DNA of 32,000 nt, taken from the NCBI RefSeq assembly GCF_051201565.1, contig NZ_CP179200.1:900001-932000 (forward strand). Reading direction: 5' to 3'. Made by a program: the position numbers and the translations under genes. This stretch comes from Pseudothioglobus sp. nBUS_23 (GTDB taxonomy: Bacteria > Pseudomonadota > Gammaproteobacteria > PS1 > Pseudothioglobaceae). Below are positions 15,469-23,373 of this stretch, one piece after another. The notes under the pieces were generated by a model. The model worked only from the letters and a program-made list of their open reading frames with translations. It made no database searches and was not told the origin of the DNA. How positions within the stretch are numbered: the first letter of the stretch is position 1; every line of letters begins with the position of its first letter.

Positions 15469-16133
15469 TCAATAAGGCTGTATCCTATACCTCTATGAGT
15501 TTCAATGTATTCATTGTTTTCGTCTAACTCGTGAAGGCGTTTACGTATGGATTTGATGTGAGTATTTATGGTCTTAATATCTGAGCCATGAGGCCTATCC
15601 CAAATAATACTCATTAGATACTCTCTCGAATGAACTCTATTTGGGTTCTTGACAAGATGCGATAGTATTTTGTACTCTGCAGGGGTGAGAATTAAGTCTT
15701 GGTTTAAAAAGACAACTCGCTGCATAGCATGATTGATGCTGAACTTAGAGTCACCACTTTTAACTTCAGGCTTGACCATTCTGAGCTGAGCACGAACATG
15801 AGCGACCACGAGCCTCGGGCTTAGAGGTTTTGTTACGTAAGCATTTGCTCCTAGCCCTTCAAGCCCAAGAACCTGGTCTGATTCATCGTCTCTTGCAGAG
15901 ATAATGATGACAGGTATATTGGATTTTTCTCTAACTTTTCTGAGCAAATCAAAGCCACTCATATCTGGAAGTCCTACGTCTAGAAGAATGAGATCGACTT
16001 CATTGTCTTTGTGAAATTCAAGTGCATCCTTACCATTGTCATACCACTGACAATTAAAGGAATCTTTTTCGAGGATAAAGCAAATACTCTCTGCTATAGT
16101 TTTATCATCTTCTACTATCAGAATTGTTTGCAT
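15465..16133 (-). CDS. OmpR/PhoB-type response regulator (CreB-like)
   Basis: 222 aa. The receiver domain has LILLDVGLPDMSGFDL and the acidic pocket VEDD. The winged-helix output has TINTHIKSIRKRL...THRGIGYSL. Confidence 0.9.
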   Translation of the reverse strand: MQTILIVEDDKTIAESICFILEKDSFNCQWYDNGKDALEFHKDNEVDLILLDVGLPDMSGFDLLRKVREKSNIPVIIISARDDESDQVLGLEGLGANAYVTKPLSPRLVVAHVRAQLRMVKPEVKSGDSKFSINHAMQRVVFLNQDLILTPAEYKILSHLVKNPNRVHSREYLMSIIWDRPHGSDIKTINTHIKSIRKRLHELDENNEYIETHRGIGYSLIE

Positions 16134-16196
16134 AATAAACGTTTAAAAGTGTTATAAAAAAGAGCATTGTAAATCAAAACATTCTAAAAGAAAGAA

Positions 16197-16214
16197 TCTT
16201 CATTAAGTCTTCAT
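16197..16214. promoter_or_regulatory. Tandem direct repeat TCTTCAT-N4-TCTTCAT (TTCAT-N6-TTCAT), candidate response-regulator binding site
   Basis: Two exact 7-mers at 16197-16203 and 16208-16214, 11 bp start to start (one helical turn), 64-81 bp upstream of the response-regulator start codon. Confidence 0.35.
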
Positions 16215-16267
16215 CAAAACTCCATATAGAAAACATTTGACTACTCATTTAGCAGCCTATTATGTGC

Positions 16268-16408
16268 ATATTGTTTTAGTTTATTAGAGACTTATTTGGT
16301 AACTACTACCCCTTTAAGTTACTAATTAAACAGAGCGTTATCATTCTCTATGCATTAGCTTAGATTATACATAACCATTTTGTGAGTCTCTAATACCTAA
16401 AACAATAT
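16268..16408. repeat. 141-bp inverted-repeat element (24/25-nt terminal arms around a 92-nt core); MITE-like or structured RNA
   Basis: The left arm is ATATTGTTTTAG-TT-TATTAGAGACT (16268-16292). The reverse complement of the right arm (16385-16408) is ATATTGTTTTAG-G-TATTAGAGACT. That gives 23 matching positions with a single small bulge. The core holds an internal hairpin, TTGGTAACT/AGTTACTAA (16296-16304 / 16317-16325). Confidence 0.5.
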
Positions 16409-16485
16409 TTAGTTTATTTAAGTGTGATTTTTAAGAACCTCGAATACCTATGCCATTCTCTCTCCGTTTGGCTCTTGAGGTACTA

Positions 16486-16524
16486 GCTTTGGTTGGCAGG
16501 TTACTCCTACCGGCCAACCAAGGC
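16486..16524 (+). other. GC-rich 12-bp stem-loop in the leader region upstream of bcp
   Basis: GCTTTGGTTGGC (16486-16497), a 15-nt loop, then GCCAACCAAGGC (16513-24), with 11 Watson-Crick pairs and 1 G-U pair. No T-tract follows on either strand, so it is not a classical terminator. Confidence 0.4.
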
Positions 16525-16730
16525 AACTTAACAACAAAAATGAAAAAAACAATGACAAAAAATACGCTAAAAAAATCAACCATATCATATTGTAGAAGAA
16601 ACAATATTGATGAAAAGCAACTTTTAAAGGCTATGAACTGGTATCTAAGTGCAAAACAAAGCAGCAAAGATTACTCAGATATGGCTTCTTTCACAAAGTA
16701 ACAGATAGCTTAAATAAGATTTTTTTACAG

Positions 16731-17255
16731 ATGCGAAGATTCACAAAACAATTATTTGTTTCAGTCCTAACTTTGTCTATCTCTTTGTCTAGTTTTGCCT
16801 CACTCAGTGTTGGAAACCAAGCACCAAACTTTATCCTTAATGATCAAAACAATATTACTCATAACTTAAGCGACTATAGGGGAAGCTGGGTAATTTTGTA
16901 TTTTTATCCTAAAGATGACACGCCAGGTTGTACGACTCAAGCCTGTGATTTTAGAGATGCGGTTGAAAAAATTATTGCTAGCAGATCGACTGTGTTTGGC
17001 GTTAGTTTGGATAGTGTTGAATCCCACAAGCGTTTTGCTGAAAAAAATAATTTGCCTTTTTCGCTTCTCTCTGATGAAGGTGGCGTTGTATCCAAGGCCT
17101 ATGATTCGTTAAGCAACTTCATAAGTTTCAAGGCTTCCAAAAGAAATACTTTTATTATTGATCCTGAAGGAAATATCGCAAAAATATATCTATCGGTTAA
17201 GCCCAGCACTCATTCACAAATGGTTCTTAATGACTTAAATCAGCTTCAGAATTAA
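16731..17255 (+). CDS. bcp: Thiol peroxidase / peroxiredoxin Bcp (PrxQ type) with an N-terminal signal-peptide-like extension
   Basis: 174 aa. It has the signature WVILYFYPKDDTPGCTTQACDFRD. The first ~25 aa (MRRFTKQLFVSVLTLSISLSSFAS) look like a Sec signal peptide. Confidence 0.88.
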   Translation: MRRFTKQLFVSVLTLSISLSSFASLSVGNQAPNFILNDQNNITHNLSDYRGSWVILYFYPKDDTPGCTTQACDFRDAVEKIIASRSTVFGVSLDSVESHKRFAEKNNLPFSLLSDEGGVVSKAYDSLSNFISFKASKRNTFIIDPEGNIAKIYLSVKPSTHSQMVLNDLNQLQN

Positions 17256-17532
17256 TTCTATCTTCAATTAATTGAAGTTTAGCGCTTCTCGTCAATTTTT
17301 TTATAATCAGCTCTCTTTTTAGCGCCTCGCTTCTTGAGCCGCATTTTTCCTTATATACAAGCTTTAATGGAGATCTAGAGCGTGTATACTTCGCACCACC
17401 TGGGATTTCACCTCTGTGTTGTTTTAATCGATTATCTAAGTCATTAGTGATTCCACAATATAGTGATTGATCACCACATTCTAGAAGGTATATAGTCCAA
17501 TTTTTTTTAGGATTATCAATCATTAAAAACAT
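17227..17532 (-). CDS. GIY-YIG nuclease-domain protein (YhbQ/UPF0213-like)
   Basis: 101 aa. WTIYLLECGDQSLYCGITNDLDNRLKQHRG is the GIY-(x10)-YxG motif region, and the size matches YhbQ-type stand-alone domains. The 3' end overlaps the convergent bcp gene by 29 nt. Confidence 0.8.
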   Translation of the reverse strand: MFLMIDNPKKNWTIYLLECGDQSLYCGITNDLDNRLKQHRGEIPGGAKYTRSRSPLKLVYKEKCGSRSEALKRELIIKKLTRSAKLQLIEDRINSEADLSH

Positions 17533-17611
17533 TTTTGTATATTTTTAAATTAGAATCATAAATTGCTCTATAATTCGCGTTTTTTTAAAACCAATCTTTA
17601 GGCAATAGAAT

Positions 17612-18865
17612 ATGTTAACAGTTGTTATGCGAACAATTTGGCCTCTATTTCTAGGCATCCTTTTTATTGGACTGGGTAACGGTCTTCAAGGGACTCTGAG
17701 TAGCTGGAGAGCAGACTATGAAGGTTTTTCAGTTTTGACAACTGGATTGGTTATGTCGGGTTATTTCATAGGAGCCTTTGTGAGCTCTATGATTTCTCCA
17801 AAACAAATTAAAAAAACAGGGCAAATTCGAACTTATGCTGCCTATGCATCGATCGCATCAACAGCAATCCTTATGCAAATATTATTTATTGAGCCACCTG
17901 TTTGGTTTGTTTCTCGTTTTTTATCAGGATTTTGTATTGCTGGCATTATGATTATTGTGGAGGGTTGGCTTAACTCGATTTCTTCAAATGAAAATAGGGG
18001 TCAAATTTTCTCAATTCATATGGGTGTTGTTTGGGGTGGACTTGCTCTTGGTCAAGGCCTGTTTGCAATTGATGACCCTTCAGGCTTTCAGCTATTTCTT
18101 TTGGCCTCAATCTTGCTTTCAGTTTCGTTAATTCCCATCCTTTTAACGGAAATCAAAGCTCCAGATACTGAAGTGCAGGAGTCTCTTGGAATTGGTGCGT
18201 TATGGAAGGCTTCTCCATCAGGCTTAGTTACAATTGGAGTTTCAGGTCTTGCTTCCGCTGGTTTCTTTGGTGTCGGTACAATTTATGCCATTAAATCAGG
18301 ACTGAGCGTATCCGAAACTGCTCTGTTTATGACCTTATTTATTGGTTTTGGGGCAGCCTCTCAGTGGCCTCTTGGGTGGTTGTCTGATAAGATTGATCGT
18401 CGTAAAGTGATTTTACTTTGCTGTGCTTTGGTAACAGTGATCTGTATTTTGCTGTCATTATTTGAATTTTCAAAAACTGTTTTTCTGATTCTAAATGGAC
18501 TCATCGGGGCAAGCACGCTACCTTTATATTCTCTCGGTGTTGCTCAAACAAATGATCGCTTAAGGCCCAGTCAAATGGTCAGTGCAAGTGGAACCATTGT
18601 GTTGGTATATAGTGTCTTTGCATCATTAGGGCCGCTCTCAATGAGTTACTTTATTGACTTATTTGAAAGCTCAGGGTTTTTAATTTACCTGATTTTAGTT
18701 CACTTGCTGATTGCAGCTATTGTTTTTTCAATGATGTTTATTACTGATGATGTAGATGAGTCTGATCAAGCTAACTTCCAGGTGATGACGCAAAGGCCAA
18801 GCGTTGTTGGAATGGAGGTTATCGCTGAAGAGGCTTTGGAATCTCAACTGGATTCAGAGAATTAG
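17612..18865 (+). CDS. MFS transporter (12-TM), substrate unknown
   Basis: 417 aa, hydrophobic throughout, with an MFS-like loop motif WLSDKIDRRKV between TM8 and TM9 and an acidic C-terminal tail. Confidence 0.85.
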   Translation: MLTVVMRTIWPLFLGILFIGLGNGLQGTLSSWRADYEGFSVLTTGLVMSGYFIGAFVSSMISPKQIKKTGQIRTYAAYASIASTAILMQILFIEPPVWFVSRFLSGFCIAGIMIIVEGWLNSISSNENRGQIFSIHMGVVWGGLALGQGLFAIDDPSGFQLFLLASILLSVSLIPILLTEIKAPDTEVQESLGIGALWKASPSGLVTIGVSGLASAGFFGVGTIYAIKSGLSVSETALFMTLFIGFGAASQWPLGWLSDKIDRRKVILLCCALVTVICILLSLFEFSKTVFLILNGLIGASTLPLYSLGVAQTNDRLRPSQMVSASGTIVLVYSVFASLGPLSMSYFIDLFESSGFLIYLILVHLLIAAIVFSMMFITDDVDESDQANFQVMTQRPSVVGMEVIAEEALESQLDSEN

Positions 18866-18868
18866 TTG

Positions 18869-19483
18869 TTAGACGCTAGCTGGATTATCTAAATCGTGTC
18901 CTAAATCCTTAAGGTCTTGATAGCGATCACCAATTCTATGATGAGGTCTACCGCCAATTGAAGCACCCAGTGCAACTACAATTTCATCATCATTTGGTGC
19001 ATCTGGAATAGCCAGCTGAATAGTTAAGTAGTGAGACCGTCGTCCAGCATCATTCTTATCCATCAGTGGGATCATAATAGGAGCATTGGCACCAGCACGT
19101 GTGTTACAAAAAGAGAGGTAAGACTTAGCTCCCACCGCCTCCCGATAAAAATTGCCAAAACGAAGCGTATGGATAATGCCTGAGGCATGCTCAATTTCGC
19201 CTTTTAATCCCACAACCGCTGATTTTCCATAACCCTCAACATTTTCACCTGAGCCAGCCTCTTTTATAATCATAGAAGTAAGTAATTCTCCAAGACCTGG
19301 CGCAACATCTAAAATTCCTGGCTTAAGGTCATCAACAAATTTATTTGGACTGTGCAAGTCAACCCATGGGTTTTTAATGACTGCAAGGGCAGCAATTAGC
19401 TTGAGCGGCTTAGTAGCTTTTTTGTTACCCTCAACCATGGTTTCTTCAACATGTAAAAGCGTTTTTCTTATCTCTGCTGGCAT
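18869..19483 (-). CDS. Amino-acid-synthesis family protein (DUF1185 / AA_synth), function unknown
   Basis: 204 aa. The N-terminus IRKTLLHVEETMVEGNKKATKPLKLIAALAVIKNPW matches my recollection of the PF06684 family pattern. SD GGGAG lies upstream, 18 nt after the cupin gene. Confidence 0.7.
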   Translation of the reverse strand: MPAEIRKTLLHVEETMVEGNKKATKPLKLIAALAVIKNPWVDLHSPNKFVDDLKPGILDVAPGLGELLTSMIIKEAGSGENVEGYGKSAVVGLKGEIEHASGIIHTLRFGNFYREAVGAKSYLSFCNTRAGANAPIMIPLMDKNDAGRRSHYLTIQLAIPDAPNDDEIVVALGASIGGRPHHRIGDRYQDLKDLGHDLDNPASV

Positions 19484-19501
19484 TATCTGACTCCCTTGAG
19501 T

Positions 19502-19855
19502 TTAATCTTGATCAATGGCCTGATTGAGGCCTCTTTGAAAAACTACAATTAAAGCCCCAGTTTTGGAAGATGAGGAGTGCTTACTCCCAGGCTCAAAGGA
19601 AACAAATTCACCTTTTTTAAAGATAGTCCCATCAGCATCAATCAGTTCACCTTCAATCATTAAAAATTCTTCAAAGCCCATGTGCATGTGCGGTACGGTT
19701 TGAGCCCCTGGCTCCATTTTAAGGACATAACTTCCATGTCCACTTGTTTGATTGTAGCTTATGATGTGCCAGCTCATTTTTGGAACGGGTGAGCCATACC
19801 TGTCAAACGGCTTAAATTCTATATTGTGTATATCAATTACTTGTCTATCTTTCAT
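19502..19855 (-). CDS. Small cupin-domain protein (metal-binding motifs intact)
   Basis: 117 aa. Cupin motif 1 is PHMHMGFEEFLMIEG (HxH...E) and motif 2 is GEFVSFEPGSKH. Confidence 0.7.
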   Translation of the reverse strand: MKDRQVIDIHNIEFKPFDRYGSPVPKMSWHIISYNQTSGHGSYVLKMEPGAQTVPHMHMGFEEFLMIEGELIDADGTIFKKGEFVSFEPGSKHSSSSKTGALIVVFQRGLNQAIDQD

Positions 19856-19878
19856 GTTTTGGTAATAAATTGTTATTG

Positions 19879-20694
19879 TTAGATTTCAGATTGCAACCAA
19901 TTGTCTTCTGCATAATGACAATTTGAGTCTACCAGATGAATGCTGTAAGCTTGTCTCGACTTGTTTGAAGTATTCTCAGCGCTGTAGTGTGGCAGCTGTC
20001 CATGAAGAATAATAAGAGTTCCCGCTTTAACCTCTAAAAGGTCTAGCTCATGATCTGGCCAAGGACTTTCATCTAAAATTTCGAATTCTGTGCCGCCTGA
20101 TTGAGCCAACTTAAAGCGCTTTTTAAGAGGCAATGTATGACCTCCTGTCATAGCTTGAAGGCAGCCATTTTCAATGTTTGCATCCTCTAAAGCCATCCAG
20201 AAACCAATACAGCTCATTGGTGAGGTGTAAAGGAACGTTGAGTCTTGATGAAGCCCAACTTCGCCGCCTATATTGGGCTGCTTAAAAATGTGCATGGATT
20301 GAAGCTGTCTAGGCTTTTTTATACCAAGCTGCTTGCCCATCGAGGGTATATCAAGTGAATTGATGACTTTCTTGTATACAGGGTCTAAAGCATGCTGCGC
20401 ATGACCAATTTTATTAATTGATTGTTGTTTTGGAACTGTAAAGTTTCCACTGCTATCTATCGCCTTTTCTTCAAAGAAAAATCTAATCTGATTGCCAGAC
20501 TTTAGAAAATACTCATCGCTTGCTCTCTCTTGTTCGTTTGTAGTAAAGATGGAGCTTGTTGAGGTAGGGTCAAAATCATCAATCATATCTTTAGCTCGAT
20601 TGATAAGTAGTTTTCTCTGTTCTTTTTCGAGAAAATTCTCTACAACGAGATAGCCATCTTTATTGAATGAAGAAATTTGAGTTTGCGACAACAT
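19879..20694 (-). CDS. Fe(II)/2-oxoglutarate dioxygenase, phytanoyl-CoA dioxygenase (PhyH) family, PHYHD1-like
   Basis: 271 aa. It has the HxD facial triad in GLHQDSTF, a distal His in LHGQLPHYS and Arg in SRQAYSIH. The block YFLKSGNQIRFFFEE...SINKIGHAQHALDPVYK resembles the PHYHD1 subgroup from memory. Confidence 0.82.
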   Translation of the reverse strand: MLSQTQISSFNKDGYLVVENFLEKEQRKLLINRAKDMIDDFDPTSTSSIFTTNEQERASDEYFLKSGNQIRFFFEEKAIDSSGNFTVPKQQSINKIGHAQHALDPVYKKVINSLDIPSMGKQLGIKKPRQLQSMHIFKQPNIGGEVGLHQDSTFLYTSPMSCIGFWMALEDANIENGCLQAMTGGHTLPLKKRFKLAQSGGTEFEILDESPWPDHELDLLEVKAGTLIILHGQLPHYSAENTSNKSRQAYSIHLVDSNCHYAEDNWLQSEI

Positions 20695-20746
20695 GCCTAA
20701 TTTATGAATTGAAGAATATGATTCAAATTATATTAGTATTTAAAAA

Positions 20747-21826
20747 CTATGACACATAAGTTTTATAAACTCGACTTGTAATTTGAGTAAAAATTTCATA
20801 GGAGATTGTATCGCAATAATTTGCAACTTCGTCGATTGAAACGTTTGAACCAAAGAGCTCTAATCGATCTCCAATTTTTGGATTTTTAATTCCCGTTAAG
20901 TCTACGGTTATCATATCCATTGAGACTCTTCCAGCAAGTCTAGCAATACCACCATTAATAAATACAGGGGTGCCATCTTTTGCGCTTCTTGGGTAGCCAT
21001 CAGCGTATCCAATTGCAGCGACACCAATTAAAGTGTCCTGCTTGCAGACATACCTCCTGCCATATCCAATTTTATCTCCTGCTTTAAATTTTTTTAGAGA
21101 GATTAGTGAGGTTTCGAGCGTCATAGCTGGAGTTAAATTATTTAATGGCTCATTTAATGGAAATGGAGATGACCCATAAAGCATAATTCCAGGTCGAGTA
21201 TATGCACTGTGGCTATTATTCCATGCCATTATGGCGGCAGAATTCGCTAGTGATTGATCGTTTTGTTTGTTTCCAACGATATTGTTAAATTTGTCAATTT
21301 GAACCTCTGTAAAGGCGCTATCATGATTATCCGCACTAGAAAAATGTGTCATTAAAGTTATTTTATTTATATGGTCACAATTTTCTAAATCATTTATGAT
21401 TTTAGGAGATTCATCTTCTTTGAAACCCAGTCGACCCATTCCAGTGTCTATCTTGACAAAAATATTATATTTGTTAATTGGACTGCTTTCCAGAATCCAT
21501 TCAATTTGAAGGTTATTGCTGACCACCATCCAGAGCTCGTACTTGTCAACTAAGGCAAGCTCTGACTTTTCAAAAACCCCCTCTAAAAGTAAAATAGGTG
21601 TTCGAGAGATGCCTGCACTTTTTAATTCTAAAGCCTCTTCGATACATGCCACTCCAAAGCAATCCGCTAATGGCTCAAGATGACTGGCCACTTTGACTGC
21701 GCCATGTCCATATGCATTACCTTTAATTACAGCTATAGCTTTAGATTCTGGAGCTAATGATTTAGCATAAAGGTAGTTATTAGTAATTGCATTAAGATTA
21801 ATTGAGGCAACACAATTCCTAGCCAT
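20747..21826 (-). CDS. dadX: Alanine racemase (catabolic, DadX-type by context)
   Basis: 359 aa. The PLP-lysine motif is AVIKGNAYGHGA and the C-terminal block is GRVSMDMITVDLT. It overlaps the dadA stop by 8 nt. Confidence 0.9.
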   Translation of the reverse strand: MARNCVASINLNAITNNYLYAKSLAPESKAIAVIKGNAYGHGAVKVASHLEPLADCFGVACIEEALELKSAGISRTPILLLEGVFEKSELALVDKYELWMVVSNNLQIEWILESSPINKYNIFVKIDTGMGRLGFKEDESPKIINDLENCDHINKITLMTHFSSADNHDSAFTEVQIDKFNNIVGNKQNDQSLANSAAIMAWNNSHSAYTRPGIMLYGSSPFPLNEPLNNLTPAMTLETSLISLKKFKAGDKIGYGRRYVCKQDTLIGVAAIGYADGYPRSAKDGTPVFINGGIARLAGRVSMDMITVDLTGIKNPKIGDRLELFGSNVSIDEVANYCDTISYEIFTQITSRVYKTYVS

Positions 21827-23105
21827 GATTTTTTCTTATTTTGTTTGCAAAACTATAACGACTCATGTCTATACCTTCTGTAGAGATATCAGGATTAATA
21901 CCTGAGATCAGGTTTGCTATCAGTTTGCCAGAACCAGCGGACATTGTCCATCCGAGGGTTCCATGGCCAGTATTAAGAAATAAGTTAGCGAAGGGAGTGG
22001 GGCCTATAATAGGTGGACCATCAGGAGTGCTAGGACGAAAACCAGTCCAAAATTGAACATCTTCAGATGGGACATAACTTTTTGGAAATATCAAATCAAG
22101 CCCTCTCATCAATGAATCTAATGACTTTGTTCTCAAGTTTTTATCAAAATCCGTTAAATGAGCCATTCCAGCAACTCTTATTGTATCTCCAAGCCTTGTA
22201 ATTGCAATCTTATTCTTTTCATCCATAATGGTTGATTGAGGCGCATCTCCATCATTCAAAACTGGGAGAGTAATTGAATAACCTTTGACTGGATAAATGG
22301 GCGTTTGAATGCCTATTTTAGATAGAATTCTTGAAGAGTAGCTTCCGAGTGAAACTGAGTAGGCATCTGCATTAAATTCGCCTCGGTTTGTTGAAACTGA
22401 AGAAACCATATTATTGTTAATTTGTATCGATTTAATATCCGTATTGAGCTCAAAAGTAACACCCATTTCAACGCATTTTTTATAGATTTCATTAGAGAAC
22501 ATGAAACAATTTCCGGTAAAGTCGTCCTTGAAATGTATACCGCCTGCAAGCTTATTTTTTACATACTTGAGACCAGGTTCAGTTTTGACACAGTCTTCAG
22601 TACTCAGGAGTTCAGATTTGATATTGAACTTTTCTAAAATTGCAATATCTCTGTTTGATTTCTTAATCTCTTTTGTATCCCAAAAAAGTTGAAGAGACCC
22701 TTGCTTTCTTTGCTCATAATTAAAATCAAAATCGGACTCAATCTCGATTAATGCTTTTTGTGAGTATTTGGCGATTCTAAGCATGCGACTTTTATTGACT
22801 TCGTAGCTTCGAGCGTTGCAGTTTTTATACATGCGATATAAAAACTTGACAGTCTCAATACTCATGTTTGGATTAATGATGAGGGGAGAGCGACCAGTTA
22901 GAGTCCATTTCAGGATACTTAATGGAAGTCCGGGGCCAGCCCAAGGCGAAGTGAAGCCGTAAGATAGGCAGCCAGCATTGGCATGACTAGTCTCCATTGC
23001 AACGCTATTCTGGCGCTCAATAACAGTGACTTCATGCCCCTGTTTTGCTAAAAAATAAGCGGATGTGGTGCCGATTACTCCAGCACCCAAAACAACTACT
23101 TTCAT
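21819..23105 (-). CDS. dadA: D-amino acid dehydrogenase
   Basis: About 428 aa. It has the FAD Rossmann fold MKVVVLGAGVIGTTSAYFLAKQGHEVTVIER and the C-terminal block NTGHGTLGWTMSAGSG. I prefer ATG 23105 over the track's TTG at 23108. Confidence 0.9.
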   Translation of the reverse strand: MKVVVLGAGVIGTTSAYFLAKQGHEVTVIERQNSVAMETSHANAGCLSYGFTSPWAGPGLPLSILKWTLTGRSPLIINPNMSIETVKFLYRMYKNCNARSYEVNKSRMLRIAKYSQKALIEIESDFDFNYEQRKQGSLQLFWDTKEIKKSNRDIAILEKFNIKSELLSTEDCVKTEPGLKYVKNKLAGGIHFKDDFTGNCFMFSNEIYKKCVEMGVTFELNTDIKSIQINNNMVSSVSTNRGEFNADAYSVSLGSYSSRILSKIGIQTPIYPVKGYSITLPVLNDGDAPQSTIMDEKNKIAITRLGDTIRVAGMAHLTDFDKNLRTKSLDSLMRGLDLIFPKSYVPSEDVQFWTGFRPSTPDGPPIIGPTPFANLFLNTGHGTLGWTMSAGSGKLIANLISGINPDISTEGIDMSRYSFANKIRKNHG

Positions 23106-23373
23106 CAAATATATACTAGGTTAAAGCGCAAATTTTACCACCTGAAATGATTTATTTTATTCTTATAAATCTTCTTAAATGATAGATAATATTTTTTAAT
23201 TTCTTCTTATCAGTGATGCGATTGAAAGATGATTTTTATTATTCAAAAAAAATTAAATAAAATCATAGAATTATCATCCAAAATCATTTAGAATGAGAGT
23301 ATCAATAAGGTATATTCTTGCTAAAAAAAATTTACATTAAAATACCATTTTTTATCTTTTCTAGGAAGTCTCC

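Noticed and set aside
16486-16530. Possible SRP (4.5S) RNA fragment, because of CCAACCAAGGCA
   Set aside because: It lacks the conserved GGAA/AGCA symmetric-loop motifs and the long closing helix of 4.5S RNA. The resemblance covers only a few nucleotides.
16431-16667. 78-aa minus-strand ORF, very hydrophobic and Phe-rich (its overlapping + strand partner starts at 16450)
   Set aside because: The Phe runs are simply the complement of poly-A tracts. There is no SD and no motif, and it spans the GC-rich hairpin. The N-terminal 30 codons of the + ORF likewise cover the hairpin. Only the 16540 internal start is kept, as a weak possibility.
17243-17277. Hairpin CTTC-AG-AATTAATT ... AATTAATT-GAAG at the bcp stop codon, a possible bidirectional terminator
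   Set aside because: The stem is almost entirely A-T with a bulge and there is no proper T-tract. It also lies inside the GIY-YIG coding sequence. It is too weak to call.
23109-23373. Five copies of an AAATGAT / ATCATTT-type motif in both orientations in the dadA-glyA divergent region. I also checked for a riboswitch upstream of glyA.
   Set aside because: The region is about 80% A+T, so short AT motifs recur by chance. I saw no ZTP/THF/glycine-riboswitch-like conserved GC-rich core. Lrp- or MetR-type sites are possible but not demonstrable by eye.
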